Below are positions 8,677 through 17,511 of a stretch of DNA of 32,000 bases, in pieces. Below the pieces are notes generated by a model. It did not search any database. It saw only the letters and a list, made by a program, of their open reading frames with translations, and was not told where the DNA came from. The translations under genes were made by a program, and so were the position numbers. Source of the DNA: Candidatus Harpocratesius repetitus (GTDB lineage Archaea; Asgardarchaeota; Lokiarchaeia; Sigyniarchaeales; Promethearchaeaceae); the NCBI GenBank assembly GCA_021498095.1, contig JAIZWK010000001.1, forward strand, positions 390,001-422,000, given 5' to 3'. How positions within the stretch are numbered: position 1 is the first letter of the stretch; every line of letters begins with the position of its first letter.

Positions 8677-8990
8677 TGAGGATATTTTATCTTTTTTAAT
8701 TTAAACGCTTTTTTGAATATCATTCATATATTTCCGACTTATATCTGAAATATCGCAATTCTTTTTTTGTTGAACTCGATTTTTTCAAAGAATTTGTTAA
8801 ATATTTACCATCCTGTTTATAAATTCTTCAATTTGAAGTCGATTCTATTAAAATTATTGATTTTCATATCTTGAATTTGGCACCTTGGTTAAATCGACAA
8901 AAAATAAGGAAGGATATTTTAGATTTGAGTCGGAAGAATTAAGATGATGAAATGAAAAAATTCGAATCTTTGAAATTTAAAATACCCTCA
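8677..8990. mobile_element. MITE-like non-autonomous element, copy B (314 bp), inverted relative to copy A
   Basis: 13-bp TIR with one mismatch (TGAGGATATTTTA ... TAAAATACCCTCA). TA on both flanks (8675-8676, 8991-8992). About 93% identical to copy A. No intact ORF. Confidence 0.78.
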
Positions 8991-9115
8991 TATAAACAAT
9001 GATTTTTTTATCGAATACTTTTTTCTCTATTTATTGATATTAAACATTTTTAAATATAAAAATCATAAATGTGATTAATTATGATGAAACTTACATTACA
9101 TATAGATGATTAATT

Positions 9116-9865
9116 ATGAGTGAAAAATCAGCAATCTTATCATATAGTAGTAGTGGTAATGCTACTCAAGGATCATTAAATCAAATTCCAGCGGTATTTT
9201 TTCGTTTGGGAACTTCCATGAAAAAGCTTGTTCCTATTATTTTTATAAAGATTTTTCTCCAATTTTCTATTGTTTTACTAATTTATGCAGGGATAATGGT
9301 TAGTTATGATGAAGATGAAATTATTGCTTATTTCCTATGGGGAATTGCAGGTTTTTTAGGAATAATCTACATTGGAATAATAATTGGCTTTATAATTTTA
9401 TATGTACAATATTTTGAGACGTTAGTTGATCTCCAACATTCTTTACCTGATTCGCAATTAAAAAAAGCAATTAATTACCAAATCATTGGCTTGATATTAA
9501 TCCAAACACCTGCAAGTATAATAGGAATTCTGTGTGATATAATAGGATATTACTATTTTCAGCAGTGGTTCAGCAATCTAGCAAGACCAACTTTAAATTC
9601 AGAAAATCGACTTATATTAGAAAGTAAACTAAAGCTCCTCTACTATGCCCACATCGGACAGTTATTCGGTCTAGGAATTATAATTCCCATAGTCTTATAC
9701 AAAACAGGGCAAACAATATTGGAAGTTTGCACAAATGACTTTTTTAATTGGAAAAAGAACCCAATGCTAGATAGTAGTTTAATATGTGCACGCTGTCAAG
9801 ATATTCTTAATTTGAATTCAAGTTTAGCAAATAATTCAGGAAAATATTCACAGGAGGGAATGTAA
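9116..9865 (+). CDS. Multi-pass membrane protein (one repeat module) with a C-terminal CxxC
   Basis: Several hydrophobic segments; module starts FFRLGTSMKK; ends with ICARCQ. Its stop overlaps the next start (TAATG). Confidence 0.75.
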   Translation: MSEKSAILSYSSSGNATQGSLNQIPAVFFRLGTSMKKLVPIIFIKIFLQFSIVLLIYAGIMVSYDEDEIIAYFLWGIAGFLGIIYIGIIIGFIILYVQYFETLVDLQHSLPDSQLKKAINYQIIGLILIQTPASIIGILCDIIGYYYFQQWFSNLARPTLNSENRLILESKLKLLYYAHIGQLFGLGIIIPIVLYKTGQTILEVCTNDFFNWKKNPMLDSSLICARCQDILNLNSSLANNSGKYSQEGM

Positions 9866-11304
9866 TGCAAACAATTTCAACAAATTTTACAAAGATGGGA
9901 AAAAATTTGAAATTTGCAGGGATTTTTGCACTTATTCAAAGTTTTTTCTTTTTTATCGCACTCATTTTGTTTTTCATAGGTTTATTTGGAATGGATTATG
10001 GATCAGAGGGTCTTATAATATTTCTTTTTATTATTATTGGATTTGAACTACTCCTTGGTATTCCTGTTTTGATATTTCACGTAATGTGGTTAGCTGCACT
10101 TTACCAAGAAGCAAAGAGACAACAGAATACTAATCTTAACCAAGCATTCTCACTCTTTATTATCAGCTTCATTTTTCAAATCTTTTTGTTATGGATCTTT
10201 AGCTTTATTTTTAATATTCTTGGTTGGAATAAATTTAAAAGGGGAATCCTAACAGATTCTGAACAGATTCCAGAACATGAAATATTAAATTTTTCCAAAA
10301 AAGTGAACATAGCAATAATAGGGCAGATCGGCTCTATAATATATTTAGGAATGCCTGTTTACTATATCGGAATGATTTTATTAGGGAATACCATTTTATC
10401 ATTATCGTCTTATTTAGAAACACCACCTGTACAAAGAAATGAAACGCAATATCAAATACAAACTCAATTACAATATCAATCACAATCTTATCCAAATCAA
10501 ACTTATCAACCATATCAACAACCAAATACTAATACTATTCCAAATTCTCTTTCAAATAATACCACAATAAACTCTGATTCAAACAATTTACCAAAAACAT
10601 TAACAAGTTCCAGCCAATATGCACCAATTGATAATAAATCAAAACAAATTCCATTAGCTTTGATTCCGCCAACAACATTTTTAAGAAATATAGGAGATGC
10701 AATGAAAAGAATTGGAATCTGGAATTTAATTATGCTGGTGATGCGTTTCTTTCTATATCTTTTTGGAGGATTAGCATTTATAGCGTTATATGATTGGTGG
10801 GAATATGGAATTTTTATTACTTTAATAATTTTGGGAATTTTTAGTTTACTTGGTTTTGTTTTGGCTTTTGCAATATATACATATGAACAGTGTAAATTAA
10901 TAACCCTATTTCAAGAGATATACAAACAGAGCAAGCATCAATTAATTAGGAGATATATTGCTTATCACATCGTATCAGTAACTTCATTAAATGCAAATAT
11001 TTTTTTGGTAAGTTTTGTGTCGCGTTTATTAGCATTTAATGCATTGAAAAATTGGGGAGAACAACTTTCGTTACATTTTCGAGACTATACAGCAAATGAA
11101 ATACGAAATAGCTTAAATTTCCTTTTCTGGGCTCAGATTATTCAAATTCTACCATTATTAGGAATTATTCAACCATTAGCATATTTAAAAGTCGCTTCAA
11201 GTATGCAGAACGCAAGCTTATCTGATGCATTCTCGTATGATTCAACTCGTTTCTTAGGACCCCAAAAGATTTGTCCTATTTGTGGTGTCCTACATTTTCC
11301 ATAA
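9865..11304 (+). CDS. Multi-pass membrane protein with two repeat modules, a Q/Y/N/P-rich linker and a C-terminal CxxC
   Basis: Modules start FTKMGKNLK and FLRNIGDAMKR; linker QYQIQTQLQYQSQSYPNQTYQPYQQPNTN; ends ICPICG. Confidence 0.8.
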   Translation: MQTISTNFTKMGKNLKFAGIFALIQSFFFFIALILFFIGLFGMDYGSEGLIIFLFIIIGFELLLGIPVLIFHVMWLAALYQEAKRQQNTNLNQAFSLFIISFIFQIFLLWIFSFIFNILGWNKFKRGILTDSEQIPEHEILNFSKKVNIAIIGQIGSIIYLGMPVYYIGMILLGNTILSLSSYLETPPVQRNETQYQIQTQLQYQSQSYPNQTYQPYQQPNTNTIPNSLSNNTTINSDSNNLPKTLTSSSQYAPIDNKSKQIPLALIPPTTFLRNIGDAMKRIGIWNLIMLVMRFFLYLFGGLAFIALYDWWEYGIFITLIILGIFSLLGFVLAFAIYTYEQCKLITLFQEIYKQSKHQLIRRYIAYHIVSVTSLNANIFLVSFVSRLLAFNALKNWGEQLSLHFRDYTANEIRNSLNFLFWAQIIQILPLLGIIQPLAYLKVASSMQNASLSDAFSYDSTRFLGPQKICPICGVLHFP

Positions 11305-11398
11305 AATAATATTGAAAAAATCAAAAATGCAAATTTTTTTTTTCATTTAACTGCAAAAAGTTATATTTTTAAGTTCACTCTCTACATTTGAAATTTGT

Positions 11399-12037
11399 AT
11401 GAAAACTCCACATATTGTGAAACGATTGGTTCGTGAAATCGGCGCAGAACAAACCAATGAAGATGAAAATTTCCCTATTGAATATTATGAATTACGAGAA
11501 TTAGCAAAAACTCGAGTTCTCTTAAAATCTTCCTTAAAAACCCATTTCTTTGTTTATTTGATTGTAAATCTTTTTGTAGTTATTTTAAATATTTTAGGAA
11601 ATATCCCTCCTATAGAGAGTTTTCTCGATCTGTGGAGTTTATGGAGCGTATTAGGATGGGGATTACTTTTATTGGCTCATGCAATGATTTTAGCCACTTA
11701 TAATATCCCAAATTTAGAATATAGGATATTTATCATAACATCTGTGATTAGTATATATATTGGTCTTTTTTTAATATATCTAAATTATTATCTGAGAGTT
11801 GCGAATAATGACGATAAAATTTGGTGGTATTGGCCAGATATCGCAATTTTACTATTTATAGCAGCATATGCATGGATAGTATTCTATTCTGAAAATAAGG
11901 GAAAATTCAATTCTCGAGTCGAAAGAGAATTGGAATTTTTAATTGAAAGACAAGAACAAAAAAACGTTTCAGTTGAATCTCAGATAAATGAATCGATCAT
12001 AAATAAACAAAAAGAAACATTAAAGGACAACAAATGA
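11399..12037 (+). CDS. Membrane protein with a duplicated 2TM-like domain
   Basis: HFFVYLIVNLFVVILN..WSLWSVLGWGLLLLAH matches the 2TM pattern; a second copy reads YIGLFLIYLN..WWYWP. Confidence 0.7.
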   Translation: MKTPHIVKRLVREIGAEQTNEDENFPIEYYELRELAKTRVLLKSSLKTHFFVYLIVNLFVVILNILGNIPPIESFLDLWSLWSVLGWGLLLLAHAMILATYNIPNLEYRIFIITSVISIYIGLFLIYLNYYLRVANNDDKIWWYWPDIAILLFIAAYAWIVFYSENKGKFNSRVERELEFLIERQEQKNVSVESQINESIINKQKETLKDNK

Positions 12038-12076
12038 TCGATATAATTAATAGGTAAATATAGGTAAATTAATAAA

Positions 12077-12688
12077 ATGTTTTCAAAAAAAATCCGTCTA
12101 CCAAAGCGGAATAAAACAATTTCAGTAGCGACAGCACTAGTTCTTATGGCAATAGATGAAATTTTGCAAGAATCGCATAGTAATGATAAAGTGGTTTATG
12201 GATATCAAATTATGTCTCATTTACGAGATAATTATAATTGGAACGTTAAATCTGGAACGGTTTATCCCATTTTAAAGAAATTACACCAAGATCTCTTTAT
12301 AAAAAAAGGAGTAGGACCAGATAGTGAAAGCAAACGCCAAACTATTTTCTATTCAATTACTCGTAAAGGAGAAAAATTAGTAAATGAAATTCGATCTTTG
12401 AATGATGAAGCTCTCGAAGCTGCTTTAACACCAGGAGAAATATCAGATCGATCTTCTGCAATTAAATTAATTAAAAATGGGTTTCCATCAAATAATTTTG
12501 CAGAAAAATATCTAAGTCCACTTCTCAGGGATTTTTGTCAAAATGTAGCAGAATTAATTGCCAAACAAGATAAAAATGGATTAAATAATATTGAAGAAGA
12601 AATTAAGATATCTGTCTCAAAACTGGATTCTGTTAAAGAAATTTTAGAAGGAGAATTAGAGAAAATTAAAACTTTAAAAAAGTTGTAA
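12077..12688 (+). CDS. PadR-family winged-helix transcriptional regulator with C-terminal helical extension
   Basis: YGYQIM..SGTVYPILKKL..GFIK-like..YSITRKGEKLV. Confidence 0.85.
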   Translation: MFSKKIRLPKRNKTISVATALVLMAIDEILQESHSNDKVVYGYQIMSHLRDNYNWNVKSGTVYPILKKLHQDLFIKKGVGPDSESKRQTIFYSITRKGEKLVNEIRSLNDEALEAALTPGEISDRSSAIKLIKNGFPSNNFAEKYLSPLLRDFCQNVAELIAKQDKNGLNNIEEEIKISVSKLDSVKEILEGELEKIKTLKKL

Positions 12689-12690
12689 AT

Positions 12691-13107
12691 TTAACCTGTG
12701 AATTGACAATAAATTTTCCGATTTCTAGGTTTTTCGTCAAATTCACAAAATACAATCTGCTGCCAAGTTCCTAATACTAATTTTCCATCTACTAATGGAA
12801 TTGTTTGGCTGGGAGGAATTAAAAAACTTCTTAAATGGCTGTGTCCATTATGATCTCCCCAAGTTTGGTGATGTTTATAATCGGGACCTTCTGGAAGTAG
12901 TCTTTGCAGCAATTCGGGAACATCTGATTTAACTAAGCCAGGTTCATATTCCAAAAATGAAATACCACCAGTAGAACCAGGCATAAACACTGTTAAAATT
13001 CCAGTACGAATAGAACATTTGTTAACTAACTTCTTAATATTATCAGTGATATTGATAATCTGATTTGGTGTGGTGCTGATTTGGAATGTAAAAAGTTCTG
13101 AAACCAT
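12691..13107 (-). CDS. yjbQ: YjbQ/UPF0047 family protein (secondary thiamine-phosphate synthase-like)
   Basis: GSTGG..EYEPGL..NGHSHLRSFL..LGTWQQIVFCEFD..RNRK. Confidence 0.9.
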   Translation of the reverse strand: MVSELFTFQISTTPNQIINITDNIKKLVNKCSIRTGILTVFMPGSTGGISFLEYEPGLVKSDVPELLQRLLPEGPDYKHHQTWGDHNGHSHLRSFLIPPSQTIPLVDGKLVLGTWQQIVFCEFDEKPRNRKIYCQFTG

Positions 13108-13164
13108 AATATAGATTGAAATTTATGAAAAAAAAAGTTTCCCTATAAATTTTTACCTATTTTC

Positions 13165-14304
13165 CTATATTGTTAATGGATCTTTCGGAATATATGTTAA
13201 TTTCTCCATTCCATCTTTCTTTATCACCAAATCATCTTCTAAGCGAACACCCCACTTACCTTCCCAATACAAACCAGGTTCATTAGTGATAACCATATTC
13301 TCTTGTTGTAAATAAGATTCAGGCATTTTAGCACGCATTCCACCTCCAACATCATGAACTTGGAATCCAAGAGAATGGCCTAAGCTGTGGTAATATAATT
13401 TCTCGTGATCATAACCTTTCTCGGTTAAAGCTTCTCGACATTTAATTGCGGGTAAATTCATTGGAAGACCTGCACGTATAACTTCATAAGATTTTTCTTT
13501 CGAATACAGTAATGCCTGATATGCTTGAACAAAATCTTCACTTGGTTCTCCTCCCACCCAATATGTCCACGTGATATCTGAGCACATTCGATGCGGTTTC
13601 ATTCCTGAATCGATTAGAAGCACACCTTTCTCAATTTTTTTATCTGAACCATTATGATGTGGATCAGCTGCATTTGCATTATTAGCAACAATTGCAGGGA
13701 AAGCAATTCCTCCATATTCGAGGTATTTCACTTCTAATTTACGTTTAATTTCATTTTCAGTCATTCCAATTTTTATCCAATTGGGTAAATCTTCTAAGAT
13801 TTCCAAGTTTATTTTCGCAGTTTCCCTTAAATCTTGGATATCTTCATAAGTTTTTATAGTGCGTAAATCAAAAATAATTGGCGCAGCAGAGACAAAATTT
13901 GTTTTAGGTGATATTTCTTTAAGAGCCCGATATTCTCCTAATGGTATATATTCCGCAAATGATGTACCTTCTCGAGATAAAACATTTTCACCAAAATCTA
14001 ATGCAATTTTCGATCTAGACAATATTGGTTTTAATTTCGTTTTAATATCATCAAAGCTCGTATATGCTTCAACTTGTGCATCAACACCCATGTTATTAAG
14101 CTGCTTCTCAACCATTGCTTTTTCCATAGTGCAAGTGAGAATTCGGTGATTTCCATCTTTACTTACAAATATATAATGACGAATGTGCACTTCAAGATCA
14201 AGCATGAACTCTGAATGAATATCGGAACCTTCCTGACATGGAATTAACCATCCATCAATTTCAAATTTCTCCAATAATTGCTGAGCTCGGTCAAATAAAT
14301 TCAT
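13165..14304 (-). CDS. M24 family Xaa-Pro aminopeptidase/dipeptidase
   Basis: Metal ligands in LLIDSG..CSDITWT, HSLGHSLG..HD, NEPGLY and GVRLEDD. Confidence 0.9.
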   Translation of the reverse strand: MNLFDRAQQLLEKFEIDGWLIPCQEGSDIHSEFMLDLEVHIRHYIFVSKDGNHRILTCTMEKAMVEKQLNNMGVDAQVEAYTSFDDIKTKLKPILSRSKIALDFGENVLSREGTSFAEYIPLGEYRALKEISPKTNFVSAAPIIFDLRTIKTYEDIQDLRETAKINLEILEDLPNWIKIGMTENEIKRKLEVKYLEYGGIAFPAIVANNANAADPHHNGSDKKIEKGVLLIDSGMKPHRMCSDITWTYWVGGEPSEDFVQAYQALLYSKEKSYEVIRAGLPMNLPAIKCREALTEKGYDHEKLYYHSLGHSLGFQVHDVGGGMRAKMPESYLQQENMVITNEPGLYWEGKWGVRLEDDLVIKKDGMEKLTYIPKDPLTI

Positions 14305-14422
14305 ATTTCTACTAAGTTCACTTTTTTTTTAAAGAATTGGGTGGGTTATACGTTCTTAAAGAATTATTTTAGTATTTAAAGAGAACATAATCTTTTAATA
14401 AAAAAAATGAAAATACAAAAGT

Positions 14423-16111
14423 ATGGGAAAAAAAAGGAAAATTTTCTTTGGAATTTTAGTTTTTACTTCAATTATCCTTCAAATTATCGCAGTTAACCTA
14501 GTAATCCCTCGATCTAGTTCTCATGATTTAGAATTCGATTATATTTATAAATGGAGATTAAATGGAAAAACAGGAGATTATTATGATTATAAGGAAGAAA
14601 TGGATGTTAAAGGGCATTATATTGTTGATTTTGAAGGTAATATTGGAATAGTAAAGGGAGAAGTTCAATGGATATGGAAATCAATTTATCAAGGTTATAT
14701 CGATAGAGAAGATGAAGGACATACAATCTACAACTTCCAATTTTACTTAAATAATGGTTCCTATATTGGATTTAAAACAGATCAAGACGAATTTCATCCA
14801 AATATGAACGTGTGGTTTTTTATTCCTGATATTTCAAATCAAGATACGCATAAAATACTTTATAATTCTTATGAAAAATCAAATTCGAGAGTTTCAAACA
14901 CAATTTGGATACAGTCCTTAAGCCCTCAGAAAGGAATAAAATATTCACATACAGGAACTTTTCACAGAAATGATGTTTATGGCAATATGGATGCAAAATT
15001 TACTAGTGACTATTACTTTACGAAAGATGGTTATCTTCTTGGAGAAATTTACAAAGAAACAGACTCTGGAATTAGTAATGGATGGGAGAGTACATTTGAA
15101 ATAACCTCAAAGGTATTCGTAATTTCAAGTAATTATCAACGCAGCTTAAATTGGTTCAGTTTTCTTTTAGCCTATTGGATGCCTTTGTTACTTATATTTG
15201 GTTATTTTATTGTGTGGAAGAATTATATCGAATTTCGACCAAAAAATATAATGATACATAGGAAAAAATACATTCTTCAATATGGTATCGATTTTGGATT
15301 AGAAAAGATTAATTTTATGACATTATATGACGATTTACTTCAAACATTTATTTGGCGAACATTTGCACAAAATGGAAAAGTTCTTTCTTTTTCTGAAAAT
15401 GATGAAATTCTTGGAATGGCATTAATTGATACAAAAGATAAAATTGCGACTCTTTTTGGAAAAGGTCAAAAATATATGATACAAAATGCAGATATCAAAT
15501 ACTTTTTTTCAGGAAATTCAAGAATAAGGCGGTATTTTAGAATTGAGAAATATAATATTTTAAAAATTCAAGATCTTCAATCGAAATCATTTGATTATGA
15601 TGCTTTCCTTGTTAAACCTCTTTCTGAAATCTATTTTCCAGCTGTAGTAGATTTAATTACTAATGAAGATTTTGGAAAATTTAATCCAAATCTTCTGAAT
15701 TGGGTACATTATGCAATGTATAATGAAATTGCTTATGTTGCTATTGGAAAAAAATCAGAAAAGTGGATTAAAGATATATTAAATTCACTAGAAGAAAAAA
15801 ATTTCCCTCCTCCTGAAGCTGTAGGAGAAGATGTCATCATGGGAGTGGGTTTTGCGGCACATGGTACAAAAACAGGGTGGTTATATGGATTATATGTTCA
15901 TCCTGCTTTTCGGAATCATGGTATTGGAAGAACTCTAGCTTTAGCTCGATTATCCACAATGAAAGAAATTGGAATTCAAGATGCAATAACAGAAATTGCA
16001 CAATGGAATGGTCCAGCGAAAAAGATTTATGAGAAATTTAATGCACAAGCAATTGGTAAAATATACCTTTATGGAAAAACTAGCACAAATGTCCGAATTA
16101 GAAGGCATTGA
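14423..16111 (+). CDS. Membrane-anchored protein: TM - extracytoplasmic beta-rich domain - TM - cytoplasmic GNAT acetyltransferase
   Basis: N-terminal MGKKRK plus hydrophobic helix; second helix FSFLLAYWMPLLLIFGYFIVW (about 15156-15218); GNAT motif A LYVHPAFRNHGIGRTL (RNHGIG at 15911-15928) and NGPAKKIYEKFN. Confidence 0.75.
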   Translation: MGKKRKIFFGILVFTSIILQIIAVNLVIPRSSSHDLEFDYIYKWRLNGKTGDYYDYKEEMDVKGHYIVDFEGNIGIVKGEVQWIWKSIYQGYIDREDEGHTIYNFQFYLNNGSYIGFKTDQDEFHPNMNVWFFIPDISNQDTHKILYNSYEKSNSRVSNTIWIQSLSPQKGIKYSHTGTFHRNDVYGNMDAKFTSDYYFTKDGYLLGEIYKETDSGISNGWESTFEITSKVFVISSNYQRSLNWFSFLLAYWMPLLLIFGYFIVWKNYIEFRPKNIMIHRKKYILQYGIDFGLEKINFMTLYDDLLQTFIWRTFAQNGKVLSFSENDEILGMALIDTKDKIATLFGKGQKYMIQNADIKYFFSGNSRIRRYFRIEKYNILKIQDLQSKSFDYDAFLVKPLSEIYFPAVVDLITNEDFGKFNPNLLNWVHYAMYNEIAYVAIGKKSEKWIKDILNSLEEKNFPPPEAVGEDVIMGVGFAAHGTKTGWLYGLYVHPAFRNHGIGRTLALARLSTMKEIGIQDAITEIAQWNGPAKKIYEKFNAQAIGKIYLYGKTSTNVRIRRH

Positions 16112-16178
16112 ACATATTGTTTCAAATAAAAATTACCTTATCGAAGAAACTAAAAAAATCAAGGAAGAATTGTAAAAA

Positions 16179-17477
16179 ATGCATAAAATTCGATTAAAAT
16201 CCATGAAAATACCAAAAAAATCTCCAATACAAACACGATTTAATCAATATCAAGATTATTTGATTTCTGTAACGGATTTTCAACTGAATACATACAAAGT
16301 ATCAAAGGAAAATCGGTTTATCAATCCCAATTTTAAAAATCTTAATCATTGGATACAATGCTACATTAGTGAAAGCATGAATCAACTAGTATCATTAACA
16401 CAAAAAGAAAAACATCTCCAATCGCAAATCCAATTACAAAATCAATCACAAATTACTTATACAGTAATAAAGGATGAAAATCGAAATGCAATAATACCAA
16501 CTCATTCCGTTGATATTGAAGGCCGAAGGTATTTTTTATCGATCAAAGGATGTGGTGCCTATGAAGACATGTTCTTTGGGGGATCTTTAAATTTAGGTAG
16601 TTTACAAGCCGCTTGTCGTGATCCAAATTTAGTACCTTATTTGTCAAAGTTAACAAACTATCAAGGAATAATTATGTCTGAGAATTGGATGGGAGAAAGT
16701 CCTTATGGTGCACAGGGAGAACAAAACGGGTTTGATGAACTTGAGATCTCTAAATTAGCAAAACCTGTAAGTATTCTTGGTGCTTATATTTGCCCATTGA
16801 TTGGACTTATCCGGATACCTAAAGAAATTGAAGTTATTGCGCGAAAATTTTTCTGGTATCGCACATATTCAAAACCATTTTATCAATCAATCAGATTAGT
16901 TCCTTCACGTATTCGCTTATATTTCGAATCAACAGAAGTACTTAAGCATCCAGATGATATCTTTACATTACTTGGGTTAAATTCAAGTGAAGACATAAGA
17001 GATTTTGAATTGAACTTTATTCGGAGCGGAATATCCCTTCTTTCTTTATTCACACGTTCAGCAATCATCGAAAATGAATCATCCAAGATTCGAGGCTTAG
17101 TGTATCAAGATGTATGGTTGGATAAAGATGCAATTTTAGGTTTGGATGGAGTTATTCATTTTGCTGATTTAGAAGGATTAATTTTCCAATCTGTGTCTCG
17201 TGATAATTATCCTCAATTACAACGAAAAGAGTGGCAAAAATTAGCGTTTGAATTTCTTTATGGTTTAAATAATTTAGATAGAGCGCGCAGAGGTTTTGAA
17301 AAATTAAGCTTAGATTTCTCACTACAAAGGCAAGAGTTGGCAATACTGATTCAAGAAGCATTGGAATCAGATCAAATAGCCTCTACTTCAATTTATAATA
17401 ATACACTTTACATAAAAATTAACCGGGAATTATTTCCATCAATAGAAATACCTTTTTTGGAAAATATTTATTTATAA
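16179..17477 (+). CDS. Hypothetical protein with SelO/YdiU-like atypical kinase-fold motifs
   Basis: SIKGCG (16545-16556 for KGCG) resembles SelO LKGAG; RLVPSRIR (16893-16916) resembles SelO RVAPSHLR; HFADLE (from 17157) is at a DFG/DYG-like position. The ORF is certain; the family is inferred. Confidence 0.55.
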   Translation: MHKIRLKSMKIPKKSPIQTRFNQYQDYLISVTDFQLNTYKVSKENRFINPNFKNLNHWIQCYISESMNQLVSLTQKEKHLQSQIQLQNQSQITYTVIKDENRNAIIPTHSVDIEGRRYFLSIKGCGAYEDMFFGGSLNLGSLQAACRDPNLVPYLSKLTNYQGIIMSENWMGESPYGAQGEQNGFDELEISKLAKPVSILGAYICPLIGLIRIPKEIEVIARKFFWYRTYSKPFYQSIRLVPSRIRLYFESTEVLKHPDDIFTLLGLNSSEDIRDFELNFIRSGISLLSLFTRSAIIENESSKIRGLVYQDVWLDKDAILGLDGVIHFADLEGLIFQSVSRDNYPQLQRKEWQKLAFEFLYGLNNLDRARRGFEKLSLDFSLQRQELAILIQEALESDQIASTSIYNNTLYIKINRELFPSIEIPFLENIYL

Positions 17478-17511
17478 CAAAAATAAAAACGAAAGAGAAA
17501 ATAACAGGAGA

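Noticed and set aside
8709-9002. Long near-open reading frame through the repeated element
   Set aside because: Both copies share an internal TAA, each has a further private stop, and most substitutions between copies are non-synonymous, so there is no sign of coding selection.
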